Assembly: GCF_009914755.1 (NCBI RefSeq)
Contig: NC_060937.1
Length of the DNA stretch: 64,000 nucleotides
DNA from: the human T2T-CHM13v2.0 reference genome, Homo sapiens
Reading direction: 5' to 3' (one strand)
Every line of letters starts with the position of its first letter. Position 1 is the stretch's first letter. Position numbers and translations under genes: made by a program. The notes beneath the pieces are model-generated. The model saw only the letters and a program-made list of their open reading frames with translations. It ran no database searches and was not told the DNA's origin. Below, in pieces: positions 39,944 to 55,143 of this stretch.

Positions 39944-41680
39944 GATTAATTATAACTATATATGTGATAAATGGTATAATATACAACAACCTTATTATCA
40001 TGATAGTACCTCTGGGAAAGGAGAAGTAGATATCTGAAGAACATTTTAAAATTTTTAAATATGGGGGTGAATACATACGCTTTGCTCTTTTCTGTAGGTT
40101 TAAGCTACTTGACAATAAAAATTAACATTTTTTTGAAATTTGTTGTCTAAAAAAAGAAAGCTGTAGAAATTGAGACAATTAGAAGGAGCTGTTCTAGTAA
40201 GTCTAACTTTCTTATTTCTGAGCTGAGCTGAGAATATACAAGGCTGATTATTTTCCATCTTCAGAAAGAGAAACAATGGAGACTTACTGTAGAAGAAAAG
40301 ACTATCCTTGCAATGAGAAGTCAGTGGCACTTTTGGCAAATGAATGGTCATTTTCAGGTGGAAGTGAATTATCTGAATGTAGTTATATTGAGTCCTCCAG
40401 CTTTAAAAGAATGTTTCAACTCATACACTATTTATTTGAGTTACTCTTTTTTTTCCTTATGGGGTGTGAATATGAGGTTTAAGGGACACAGTTAATAGAT
40501 GCCAAGTTTTCATTGTTTCTACAAATGTTTATAGAGTCTGGATTTTGGAATAACAATTTGCACACTTACAAGTGTTGATTAGCTGGGCAACATTGCAATT
40601 AATATTACTTTTTTAAGCTCCTCGCAAAGACTTCCTTTTCTTTCAAAATTGCCAATAAACATTTTCTAACATAATCCCCAAGGAGCTCATTCACTGGGTG
40701 CTGGGGGACTCCAGCAGGAAGGAAACCTACTAACATTTTATTAATTTTGGATCATGTGTAATTCTTAGAATTAATGGCAAGGAGCCAGAGAGGTTTTTTT
40801 TTTTTGTTTGTTTTTTTTTCATTTTTTAAATCACAGTGGAAAACAAGCCTGAAACATTTCACTAGTAAGGCAAGAGTCACTTAAGATATATTATTAAATA
40901 TGAGGGGTAGAAATAAATCACAGACACAAGTGGTATTATACAGTGGGCATTTTTCTGAAAAAACAGACTCCATGCATGAGGATTAGATATACGCCCACAA
41001 TAAGAGGGCATATTGATCTATAATTTTCAGTATTACATCCTTGTATTTTTTATTATATGCTATTTTTCAACTAGTAGAGGAACGTGTTCTCATAAAGCTA
41101 ATATTTATTCTTCCATGTTTATACAGCTAGTAGTGCATTTCAGGAAATGAGAAATTCTGAGAAGCCAAATATAACTTGATGTCGTATGCAAAAAAGAAGA
41201 CAAGACAGAAAAATCCCCATATTTTAAAAACCTGACTCAGGAACTCACTCATAAAGCTTTAAATAATTAAATAACACAACATAATGAAAGTCTTTTGATA
41301 TTATTTTTTCTATTCCCATAAATGTAGCCTTTTCATAGATGATACATCTTATCATGTAGTATTCCTCATTTTACTAGAAATCAAAGAAAAGGACCCTTTA
41401 GTCCAGTTCTCATTTTCAACACTGTACTCACTGTGTGTATTTTGTGGAAGCTGAGGCAGATACTCACTGTAATCCCACTATAAAAATTGAGATACCCCTA
41501 CTGGAAACTGTATTGTTAATTCATGAATTCTTCTCATTTTATTATTAAGTAACCTGTGTACTGGGGAATTCAATGATTTCTTAAACCCAAAGAAAATAGT
41601 AGTGAATGATAATTTGGTTTTTCATGGAGAGGCTGTATTCATATTATATTACGGTAAAAGCCTCAAGAGGTCAGAGCCAT

Positions 41681-41750
41681 TTCGGGGGAGAAATTCCCCA
41701 AGCCTTTGGGGGAGAAATTCCCCAAGCCTTTGGAGGAGAAACTCCCCAAA
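41681..41750. repeat. 24-bp tandem repeat, 3 copies
   Basis: tt(c/t)gg(g/a)ggagaaa(t/c)tcccca-agcc starting at 41681, 41705 and 41729. Confidence 0.92.
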
Positions 41751-42681
41751 GGTCAATTGTTTCTATGTCCTCTCCTTTTAGTTTATAACTTTACTTGAGC
41801 CCTTGGAGAAATCAGGAGAAACAGAAGTTGTCAAGTCATTTCCCCATACTCCGCATGCATAAAGATGGAACTGGGTGTTGGCAACAGTAAGTAAGTGAGG
41901 CAGAAGGCAGAAGTGTTGAGGGGGATGGCAGGAGGTGAGGCCAAGGATGTTGGGACTAAAGGGAGAGAGCAGTTAGGCTGTAATCAAGGGTTCTTTGAGC
42001 TCCCCACAAACCGATCCTTGATTTTCTGAGGAAGCTTGTGGCCTAGAGCAGACAGCTGAAACTATGGTGCTTGGTGAAAAGCAAGTGAAAAAAAAACTAC
42101 TACTTTATTACTTACCTTTTCCCAGTCATCTTGCAGATTTCAGATTTTCTACCCTTTCCGTTCTCAGTAACTGACCGGCCACCTTTGTGGCATCAGCCCC
42201 ACCACTTCTCCTGAGGTCCAAGCCTGTCTCCATCTCCATATCCAACAGCTGTCCTCTCTCTGCCATTTTCCTGTACTGAGTTCTAATATTATCTTTCCCT
42301 CATCCATGTTCCTATATCAAGAAAAATGATCTCCTTTAAACACCAAACCAGAATTTCTCGTTCTTCGAAAGAGTCTATCCATCCATTTATGTATGTTAGT
42401 GTATTTCTAGGCAGCTAAAAAATAAATGTAATCTCAGAGTAGAAGTGCAATAGAATGGAAAGAGAATGGTACCCGGAGTTAGAAAAAGGGGGCTACACCC
42501 AGCTCCATCTTTCTGCCCATTTGGGCACTGTCAGCTCTAAGTGAAGTTTCTGTAGTCTGGGCAGTTGCAGACCTCCACTGCTGGACAAGGGAAAGAAGGT
42601 TTGAGTCTGGTTATTACAATAACTGGGGTTGGGGGAGATGTTGGCTTTTGGTTCCTGAGAACCGTGGTTACTAAACATTCT

Positions 42682-42999
<318 letters not shown>

Positions 43000-43397
43000 T
43001 GGTTACTAAACATTCTAAACATGCATGGGACAACCTTGCATCACAAAGAACTGTCCCACTTAAAATGCCAATACTGCCCTGATGAAGAAACATCAATAGA
43101 TGATTTTCAATGTTCCTTCAACCTATTTGGCCTCTAAAACTTAAGTGAAATGTAGGGAACTTAAGAGACTCAGGAAAGAACTGTGAGGATAATTAAAATT
43201 TTGGATTATGCAGATTTATAGGAAAAGTTTTAAAAATGGGCTTATCTCTCCCAAAGAGAAAAAGGATGATTTAAAAACTGAGACTAGGATGATACAGGGG
43301 AAGTCTGACCAATAAATTTTCTTTTTCAATGGAAGCAGAAATAAATTAACATGATATGAGCTCAGAAATTACATTGGCTTTCTTGAGAAAGACTTGA

Positions 43398-45440
43398 AAT
43401 CATAAATGAAAGAGGAGACATTACAACTGATATCACTGATATCACAGAAATAAAAAGGATTATGAGAGACTACAAGGAACAATGATATGCCAACCAGTTA
43501 GATAACCTAGATGAAACAGATACATTTCTAGAAACACACAACCTACCAAGACTAAATAGAGAAAAAATAGAAAGCCTAAACAGACCCATAACTAGTAAGG
43601 AGATTGAGTCAGTAGTTAGCAATCTTCCAACAAAGAAAAGTCCTATATCAGATAGCTTCACCAGATCATTCTACCAAACATTTAAAGAACTAATGCTAAT
43701 CCTTCTCAAACTCTTCTAAAAAATTGAAAAGGATGGAACATTTCCTAACTCATTTTATAAAGCCAGCATAAGCCTGATACCAAAGTCAACCATGCCACAA
43801 GAAAACTACAGGCCAATATCCCTGATGAATGTAAGTGCAAAAATTCTCAACAAAATACTAGCAACTTTTTGCTAGCAACAAATACTAGCAAACCAAATTC
43901 AACAGCAGTATGCAGTATGCTGTTGAATTTGGAAGCCTCATACTTCCCGATGTCGAAATGTAACAACAAACTCTCTGTATATTATATACAGAGTTTCAGT
44001 CATGCAAGATGAAAAAATTGTAATATATAAAGCTACAATAGTCAGAATGGCATGGTACTGACATAAAGGCAGATATATGGACCAATGGAAGAGGATAGAG
44101 AGTCCAGAAATAAACCCATATATATATGGGATCAAATTATATTCAACAAGGGTTCCAAGACTCCACAAAAGTGTAAGAACTTATTCTTCAATAAATTGTG
44201 CTGGGAAAACTGTATATCCACATGCCACAGAATAAAACTGGATCCTTATTTTATACCAGACACCAAAACCAACCCAAAATGAATTAAAGAATTAAATATA
44301 AGATTTGAAACTACACAACTAGTAGAAGAAAACCCAGGGAAAAAGCTCCATATTTGGTCTTGGCTGTGATTTCTTAGATATCACAAGAAAAGAACAGGTA
44401 ACAAAACAAACACAGACAAGTAGAATTATATCAAATTAAAAGGCTTCCATGCAGCAAAGGAAGCAATCAATAGAGTGAAAAGGCAACTTACAGAATGGGA
44501 AAAAATTTGCAAACCATATATCTGATAAGGGGTTAATATATTAAATATGTAATAAACTCCTACAACTCAACTGCAAAATATCCAAATAATATAATTTAAA
44601 AATGGGCAAAGGACTTGAATAGACATTTCTCCCAAGAAGACATACAAATGGTCAACAGATACATGAAAGATATTCAAAATCACTAATTATCAGGGAAATA
44701 CAAATCAAAACCACAACGAAGTATCACCTCAAGATGGTTATTATTTAAAATAATAGACAAGGGTTAGCAAAGTTGTGGAGAAATTGGAACCCTTGTACAC
44801 TGAGGGTGAGAATGCAAACTGGTACTTCTGCTGTGCAGTATGAAGATTCCTCCACAAATTAAAAATAGAACTACCATATGATCCAGCAATTTCACTTCTG
44901 GGTACATATCAAAAAAACTGAAAACAGGATCTTGTAGAGATATTTACACACTCATGTTCACTGCAGCATTATTCGCAATAGCTAGGATGTGGAAAGAACC
45001 TAAATGCCCACTGACAAATGAATGAGTAAATATGGTCTATATGTAGAACAGAAGATTATTAAGCCTAACAAGGAAAATCCTGTCATATGTGACAACATGG
45101 ATAAACTAAGGTCATTATGCTAAGTGAAACAAGCCAGTCACCGAAGGACAAGTACTGCATGATTTCATTCATATGAGGTACCTAAAGTAGTCAAACTCAT
45201 AGAATAAGGTAAAATTGTAGTTGCCAGAGCTGAAGGGAGGAGAAACAGGGAGTTGCTTTACAACAGGTATAGCACTTTAGTTAAGCAAGATGAAAAAATT
45301 GTAAGGATTTGCTGTACAACATGCAGAGAGTTAACAACACTAAAGTATGGACTTAAAAATTTGTTAAAGGGTAGATTTCATATTTTGTGTGTGTGTGTTT
45401 TAACCACAATAAATGAAAAAAAAAAAACTAAGAAAAAAAG
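43398..45440 (+). mobile_element. L1MA9/L1MB-like LINE-1, 5'-truncated with an internal ORF2 deletion
   Basis: ORF2 motifs gaaaactacaggccaatatccctgatgaa (ENYRPISLM) and aaaatagaactaccatatgatccagcaat; 3' UTR and A-rich tail at 45412-45440. Confidence 0.9.
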
Positions 45441-47212
45441 GAAATTGGATCCCTGGGTATGAAGGTTTGAAAACAAATGGATTTTTATTGGTTTCAGACA
45501 GTTCACGCAGAATCTTGCTTGTAGACTAGGGAGGAGCATTTAGGTAACTTCTCACGTCCTTCCCAGCACTTCTGTTTCTATGGATACAGTTATTAGGTTC
45601 CAGCACACTGTGATATCCTACTGAATTGACAGGCTAGAGAGCTGAGGATGGAGGCACAACTTCTCATCTACCCCATACCCTAGTAAATACCCCCTGCCTC
45701 ACTGTTCAATGGGGGTTAATCATGAGGCCCAACAGCGAAGGGTACAGTGGGAAAACTGGAGTCTAGCCCAGCACTACAGTAACATCTACTTTGATTCTTA
45801 GTAGAAATAAAAGAAATAAAAAAAGTAGAACCACAGTAAAGGGCTACTAAGAGAGAAAGCATTTGTCACCGTGGACAGAATAAAAGTACCACCAAATGAA
45901 ATAAATGCCTATGGGAAAAGATGTGTCATGCTAGAAAGTACTGTGTTCCTTCTCCTTTGCTCTTCATTTAGTTTTCATCCACTCAATGTACCAAGCCTTA
46001 TCCTATATCCTGTTTCCTTTTCCAGCTTTGAAAGATGCATGGACTGAATTTAGCCTTTGGTTAGGTCTTTGTCAGAAAGTACCTTCAAAATAAAAGTGTT
46101 TTACTTGGTACTATCTCAATAGCAAACATGTATTTCCAAAATGAAATGCTTGCTCTACTAGCAAGCTTTTTCCTTGAGTAAGCAACAATATTGTTAGTAA
46201 TTTTTCAAACTGTTAATACACATACACACACACACACACAAAACCCCAAACAAGCCCTATTCTATCATTTATAAATCATAGGGTGAATATCCTCTGGTAG
46301 AACTAAATGAAAACATTCAGGGCACTGAGTTTTTATAATTTGAAAAATGATAATACTAGTTGATATTGACAAATTCAGTTTTGATTTTCAACGTTTCAAA
46401 ATATAATTTATCCACAAGGTCTTAAACAATTGAAAGTACTTAACTAAATCTGATATATGTAGATGCTTGGCATAAATTTATTGAATCTATTCAGTTAGAA
46501 TTTATAAACACAAAAATAAAATTTGTTTTAAGTCAATGTGGGGTATATTTTATTTCTAATATCCTTGTTACATTCCACAGGGTATACATAAATAAGTATG
46601 ACAAGATATTTATTTTCATTTAAATCTAACTTTCAATGAAATTAAGAAATGAAAATCTGTTTAAAATCTACCCCCAGAGTTCTAATTGAAATAGAGTACA
46701 AATATTTTCCATTAAAAAATATCCCTCAAACTTAGTATCTTCAGTAAGAAAAATGAAAAAATTAACACAAACCTCAAAACTGCCAGCAGCTCAGAAGACA
46801 AATGTGTTCTCTGGGGACTTGATTGAAACCATGTATTCATAAAAGTCTTTTAAATGGATGCTCTTCACAAAGGAAGTCTCATGGAAGACAGCATGGTTCT
46901 GACATACCAGAGGCTTCTGGAAGCAAAGAAAAGCACACCGTTAGGATATGTCTAAAGTACCATTACTGCCTGTAATGGTATTATTATCACTTATATGTGT
47001 TATCAGCATGATGTTATTAATTTCTATTATCAATTTTGTACCCCAAATCATCTTATTCATCAATGGCAGAGTGGGACAGTAACCTTTCAATATCGTATTT
47101 AGAAATTTCTAAAAGTCAGGAGTATTTATAACTAAGCAAACCTCTGCTTTTCCTCTTATCTAGGCTGGGATTGAATAACTGTGGGCAGGGTATGAGCACA
47201 AGAACAGTGACA

Positions 47213-47420
47213 GTATTTACTGAGTGTCTACCAGATATAAGGCACTGTGCAAGTGGCTTTTAAATCTGGGATCTTTAATACAAACAACACTGCAATTGAA
47301 AAGTATTGGCTCCATTTTACAGATGAGAAAAAAATGCACAGATTGCTGACCTCAGGCTTAGAACCTGTAACCATCAAAGTTCAAAGGCCTTAGGGCAGGT
47401 ACTTTCCCTCATCTCACTCT
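47213..47420 (-). mobile_element. MIR
   Basis: tatttactgagtgtctacc...aggcactgtgc...ccattttacagatgagaaaa. Confidence 0.65.
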
Positions 47421-48557
47421 GTAGCCTTGGTGATTTAGAAAAATATTTCCCAAACAGAACTGACAAGAGAACAGATAATGCTGCAACATACTAAATTAAT
47501 TCAAATATTACTAATTAATTAAGAACTTGTCTTGCCTAATTTACTTTAGTTTTATATTAAATATCATCTTATTCAGTCAGGCCCACATAAATACAAATGC
47601 CCAGCTTTAAGCAGTATATTTTTTTCTACCAACTTTTCTTCCTTAGACAAAGAGAGAACTTGCTGGAAACTGAGAAGCTCCTTTGTGTTTGGTGTGGGAT
47701 TACATGCAGCGCTACATCAAGGCTGGCACTGCAAACTTCTCATCTTCCTCTGGCCCATCCATGTGACCCACAGTTCCTCCACTGTCCTGATGAATGAGAA
47801 CACTTAGTTTTCCTGATTGCATCAGGAACTGAGCCCACATCCTCTGTGGCTATTACTGAGTGATATTACTGTATCTCTTTGTGGCTACATTCACCTTAAT
47901 GGCTGAGGGTGACAAAGCGAGGGCTCTAGTTGGATTTCCATTCTCGTTTTTAGTCAGCTATCTCTATATTTGTTTCTGATGGTTCCAGTGCAACACAGAG
48001 ACCCCCTGCAACTTACCCACCACCAGTTGTCCCAGTACCCACTCTCACACTGTGTTGCAGGGCTACTGCTCACCAAATAAATGCTTCAACACATCCCTTG
48101 AAATGACAGCTTTGGATGCCATAGACTTTTGTCTGTCCTGAACCTTTTAGCTCATGGCCCCACTGCAGGACCAAAAGTCCCTTAGAGAGACTAGAAAATG
48201 ATGGAGCCAGGAAGGTCATGCATAACTTTTGAAATTTTTAGTTTATTGGATTTTTGGCCACAAAAGCTTCAGTCATGAATAAAGAAACAAGGGAAAACGA
48301 TTGATGGTATTTTCAAATTCTACAGAACCAGAGCCTAGGATTATTACACAAAGAAAAAGGAAAAAGAACAGAGGAAAACAGAGCTAGTTTATCTTTGCAT
48401 GACAGAAGAAAGGTGAGCTTGACAAAGAATGAAGAAAAAAGACTTGAACCAATGGATCTAAACTAAGTGAGAGGAATGTGAAATGAATAGCAACTCTTCT
48501 TAAAACCTCATACACTAGCATTCTGTTTACTTCATACCACTCAGAAACACATTTTCA

Positions 48558-49190
<633 letters not shown>

Positions 49191-49424
49191 CCAAATTTTC
49201 AGATTAAATGCCTAAACTAGTAGGCCCAGTTTTTATAAAATCCTAATGACAATTTTTAAACATTCATTCAGCCACTATTCATTATATACTTATGAGCCAA
49301 ACAATAAGTTGGAAAATTCCAGGAACACTGCAATAATCAAGATAGCCTTTTAGTCAAGCATCTTAACTGTCTTGTAAAGAGATACAACTAGGATGTCAAA
49401 AACCATAAGAAGGTGGTACCAGTA

Positions 49425-49952
<528 letters not shown>

Positions 49953-50919
49953 TTAGGAAATATTAGTAGTATTGTTGTATAACAGATCATGGGTGGTATC
50001 AGTGATGGAAAACGTGCTATGAAGCTCAGAGGAATTGGAGATCCTTTCTGTTGGGGATGAATGGAATCAAGAAGGCTTCAGTGAAGAAAGTAGCATTTAA
50101 GATCAACTATAAGTAAACAGAGAGACATGATTAGGCATTTACAGAAATTCTATTATAATTGAAAAGCCAGAATATGATATACTTTAGAAAAACATAGGTT
50201 CATGAAATTAGACATTATTTTCCAGGATTTGGTGTGAAAGTAGACACCTAACCTAACAACACAGCCAGGTCATAGTACAAAGAAAATCAACGTACTGCTA
50301 CCAAGAGAGGTACACGATCCCATGGGGTCCTGTTCTATTTAACTGTAATCCAAAATGACACCATGGCTTTTAATGGAGCTTGGCAAGCTCTAGACGTGCC
50401 AATTATAAACTTAGCCTTAAATTTAAATCATAGGGCTTGAGACTCAAATCTCCAATGTGACCTTTCCTGGGTGTTGTTCAAGAAAACATGTCTGTCACTG
50501 TGGACAGAAACCACACACCCTTTTACTCTGGAAAGTATAATATAAAGATGTACTGTATTTTACAAGCACAGAGCCACAAAATGATGGTGGCTATAATTCC
50601 CTAGAAGCAATAAAAGCAAAGGCTGTTTGATTTGTAACATTCATTTAGAAATGTCTTATTGCATTAATGAACATTCTTATTTCCCGCATATTCGGGACTT
50701 TAATTCAAAAAAAGCTTGGCAGGAATCTCATCATTTATAGATTTAACATATAGTTCCTCTGGATACATTCATTTTGCAAGGGCTCACTAAGCCACACTAC
50801 TTTGTCCTTGCCAGACCCATACAATATTGTACTGAACAGAGGAGCTAAAAGCCCACAGTGGCTTGAATTCTCCTATACCCTCCCTGTTTCCTAGCCATGG
50901 AAGGTCTAATCAAGGAGAG

Positions 50920-53619
50920 TTCTATGGTTGAAATGTGTTCAGGTGTTGCCAATGTGATAGTGTGAAGAGGTATAGCCTTTAAGAGATGATTAGGCCATGA
51001 GGACTCCTCCCTCATGAATGTGATCAAGGCCCTTATAAAAGAGTCTTCACACAGCATTCAGGTAGCTGGCCCTTCTGCCTTCCACCACGTGCAAACACAG
51101 CAATATTCCCCTCCAGAGAAACCATCTTGGAAGTGGAGAGCAGCCAGCACCACAGACAACAGAATCTTCTGGTGCTTTAATCTTGAACTTTCTAGCCTCC
51201 AGGACTGTGAGAAAATAAATTTCTATTCTTTATAAATTACCTAATCAATGGTATTTGTTATAGGAACAACAAAGGCAGAAATTGGTACCAGAAGAATGGG
51301 ATGATGCTGTAATAAATACCTAAAAATGTAGAAACAGCTTTGGAATTGGGTAATGGGTAGAAGCTGGAATGGTAATGGGTAAATGCTGGAAAAAGCCTGT
51401 ACCGTCATGAACAGAACATTAAGGGCAATTGTGGTGAGGGCTAAGAAGAAGCAGAAGACTAGAGAAAGCCTGACTTCCTTATGGATTACTTAAGTGTTTG
51501 TGAACAGAATGTTGGTATAAGCATGAACAGTAAAGATTATTCTGTTGAGATCTCAGATGGACATAAGGAACAGGGTACTGGAAGCTAGAGGAAGGGCCGT
51601 CTTTGTTATAAAATGGCAAAGAATTATGCTGAATTCTGTCCTGTCCTAGGACTCTGTGAAATGCAGAACTTAAGAGCAATTAACTAGACTATTTGGTGGA
51701 GTAAATTCTGAATTTTCCATTAATTCAAATTGTGAGCATTTGGGAAATTTTCAGCTTGGACATGTGGAGAATAAAAATTAAGTGCGTTTAGAAGAGAAAA
51801 CCAAGTGCATGACCAAGTGACTGTTTGGTAAGGAGATTAGTATGGATAGAAGAAAGCCAGGTGCTTTAGAAGAAAGCCAGGAGCCATTGACAATGCACCA
51901 ATGGCTCTAAACACATTTTGAAGATCTTTGAGGCTGCCCCTCCCATCATGGGCCCAGAGTGCTAGGGCTTTGAGGGCAGAATGGTTTTGAGGAAGGGGCC
52001 CAGGGTGCCTGGGGGATCTGGGGACTCACTGCCCAGGGCAATCTCAAGTCTCTGCTCCCCACATTCTGTTACGGCATTCCTCAGCCTCCCCAGCTGTGGC
52101 TTGAGTGGACCCAGCTGCAGCTGTAAACCCTGGCAGCCTCCATATGGTCATAATTCTGAGGCTTACAGAGTGCAAGAGCTGTGAGACACAGCTGCTTCCG
52201 CCTAGATTTCAAAGGATGTCTCAGGCAGCCTTGGGACCTAGGCATGAACTTGCTTGCCACAGAGGTAGGACCATGGCAGAGACCCTTCACTAGTGCAATG
52301 ACTAGTGGAACTGTGGGGTCAGAGCCACTGCAGAGAGTCCCCAGTAGGGCAATCCTTAGTGCAGCCATGGGGGCAGGTTCACTCATAAAATCCCATTATT
52401 GTAGAGCCACAGCATGCAACTCCAGCCTGAGAGAGCTACAAGGGCTGAACTCCAGCCCGCGAGAGCTGCTTCATGGGCTATGCTCAACAATATTGTCATA
52501 GAAGGGTCTCCTGGAGGCTTGGAGACCCAACCCAGCTGAGTATGTCTTGAAGAAGATATGAAGTAAAAGATTACTTTCAAGTCTTAAGATTTAATGTTTG
52601 CCTTGTTGGGTTTTAGACTTACTTGGGACCTGTTACCCCTTTCTTCTTTGCTATTTCTCCCTTTTGGAATGGAAATGTCTATCCTATGTCTGTCCCATCA
52701 TTGTATTTTACTTTATTTTTGAGACAGAATGTCGCTCTGTCACGCAGGCTGGAATGCAGTGGCATGACGTCGGCTCACCACAACCTCCACCTCCTGGGTT
52801 CAAGCGATTCTCCTGCCTCATCCTCCTGAGTAGCTGAGATTACAAGTGCCTGCCCCCACGCCCAGCCAGATTTTTTTCTATTTTTGGTAGAGACAGGGTT
52901 TTGTCATGTTGGCCAGGCTGGTCTCGAACTCCTGGCCTCAAGTGATACACCTGCCTCGGCCTCCCAAAGTGCTGGGATTGCAGGCATAAGCCATTGCGCC
53001 CAGTCCCATCATCGTATTAATATTTTAGAAGCGCATAACTTGTTTAACTTCACAGGTTCATAGCAGGAGAGCAATTTGCCTTGACATGAATTATGCCTTG
53101 AGTCTCACCCATAGAGGATTTAGATGAGACTCTGGATTTTAGACTTTGAGTTGATGCTAGAACAAGTTTAGACTGGGCTACTGGGATGGAATCAATGTAT
53201 TTTGCATGTGAGAGGACATAAATTTGGGAGAGGGGCCAGGGTAGAATATTATGGTTAAAATGTGTCCCCTTCAAAATTCAGGTGTTGGCAATGTGATATT
53301 ATTAAGAAATTGGGCTTTTAAGAGGTGATTAGGCCATAAGGACTCCTCCCAGGTAAATGAGATTAAGGACCTTATTAAAAAATGTTTCACACAGCATTTG
53401 GATAATTGCTCTTCTGCCTTCTGCCATGTGAGGGCAAAGGGTTCCTCCCCTCCGGAATAACCATCTTGGAAGAAAGCTTCCCTTTCCAGAAAACTGAACC
53501 TGCCAGTGCATTCATCTTGAACTTTTCAGCCTCCAGAACTGTAAGCAAACAAATTTTTATGCTTTATAAATTACCCCATCTATTGTATTTTGGTATAGCA
53601 GCACAAATAGACTAAGAGA
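50920..53619 (+). mobile_element. Full-length MaLR element (MST/MLT1A class): 5' LTR 50920-51277, internal 51278-53246, 3' LTR 53247-53619
   Basis: Two homologous LTRs (ttcaggtgttg.caatgtgata; gattaggccat.aggactcctccc); internal starts gaaattggtacc and ends in a polypurine tract; TSD gagag / gtgag. Confidence 0.88.
52708..53004 (-). mobile_element. AluS inside the MaLR internal region
   Basis: Full dimer; TSD cccatcat(t/c)gtatt. Confidence 0.93.
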
Positions 53620-53728
53620 GTGAGCCTGCAATAAATACAGTATCCTTCTTTATCCCTTTCACTGAAAACCTGTTAACACTATTTTCCATTCATTCCAACT
53701 CATAACATCACAATTTATGCACTACCAT

Positions 53729-54142
53729 TGTGTCAATTCATTCTTAGATTGCTATAAAGAAACATCTGAGGCTGGGTAATTCATAAGCAAAAATTTATTT
53801 TGGCTTATGGTTCTTCAGCCTATACAGGAAGCATGGCGCTGGTGTCTGCTTCTGGCGCATCCTCAAGAAGCTTACTATCATGGTGGAAGGCAAATGGGAG
53901 CAGGTCCATCACATGATGACAGCAGGGGCAAGAGAGAAAAGGGAGAGGTCCCAGACTCTTTTAAACAACCAGATCTTGCATGGACTTAGTGAGAACTCAC
54001 CTATCACAAAGGACATGGTGCCAAACCATTCATGAGGGATCCACCCGCATGATCCCATCACCTCCTACCAGGCCCCACCTTCAGCATTGGGAATCACATT
54101 TCAACATGAGATTTGGAGGGGACAAACATCCAAATCATATCA
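53729..54142 (-). mobile_element. MSTA/MSTB solo LTR
   Basis: TG...CA ends, ttcaacatgagatttggaggggacaaacatccaaatcatatca, perfect 5-bp TSD accat. Confidence 0.92.
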
Positions 54143-54250
54143 ACCATAACTTCTAGCTAGTATTTATTCTTGTAGTTCATCCTGAAAAGAGCCCAAAATG
54201 GGTCATCCTCAGGCTATAGTGGTGATAAACATTTGAACTAAAGTAAATAA

Positions 54251-54540
<290 letters not shown>

Positions 54541-54829
54541 AAGTGAATAAATGCATAGATGAGATAATTCTTAAAATGTAACTCTAATTATGTACATCCA
54601 CTACTAAAGAACTTACAAGGGCTCCCTATTTTCCAAAGATCAGACCTAAGTTATTCACCAGAAATATCTGTTCCCACCATCCTCTGTAATCTCAAAACAG
54701 ACTATTTCTGACCAAAACCCTTGGATCCAGTAGAAATGGTCTGCTCACTATGTTATATAGTGAATCTCAACTAGAGGTGCATCACAGGTGCATGGGGTGT
54801 CGCCTATGACAAAAGTGATAAATGACATC

Positions 54830-55143
54830 TCTCTTGCCCTGTTTCTCTGATCAGCTACTACTTTGTGAACCACCCTATGGCGAGGCCCATTTGGAAAGAA
54901 ACTGAAGGATCTTTCCAAGACAACAGCCAGTAAGAAACTTGGGCCCTTTATCTATTAGCCTATGAGAAACTAAATCCTACCAACAACCAATGAGCTTGGA
55001 AATATATTCTGCCCCAGTTGAGCAGAGATGCTGTAGATGTTGCTCTAGTTGAGATGACTACAGGCCTGGCCATTGCTTTGACTGAAGCCTTGTGAGAGAC
55101 CCAGAGTTGGAGGACCCAGCTAAGGCATGCTCAGATTCCTGAC
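54830..55143 (+). mobile_element. MLT1E/F-like LTR (resumes at about 57011-57037)
   Basis: gccttgtgagagacccagag...cccagctaaggcatgctcagattcctgac continues as ccacagatactgtgaga at 57015. Confidence 0.75.

Noticed and set aside
41681-41750. CRISPR-like or coding interpretation of the short repeats
   Set aside because: Units are directly tandem with no unique spacers, the context is eukaryotic and there are no cas genes.
42110-42416. Minus-strand donor AAG|GTAAGT near 42115 with a possible acceptor near 42415
   Set aside because: Isolated splice motifs of this strength are common, and no ORF in the provided track supports an exon here.
46958-46980. 9-bp inverted repeat taccattac/gtaatggta (similar 8-bp one at 47810-47828)
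   Set aside because: Short enough to arise by chance in 64 kb of AT-rich DNA, with no junction context.
47880-47980. Coding-looking stretch (MAEGDKARALVGFPF)
   Set aside because: Stops after 26 codons; no homology recognised and no clear splice sites.
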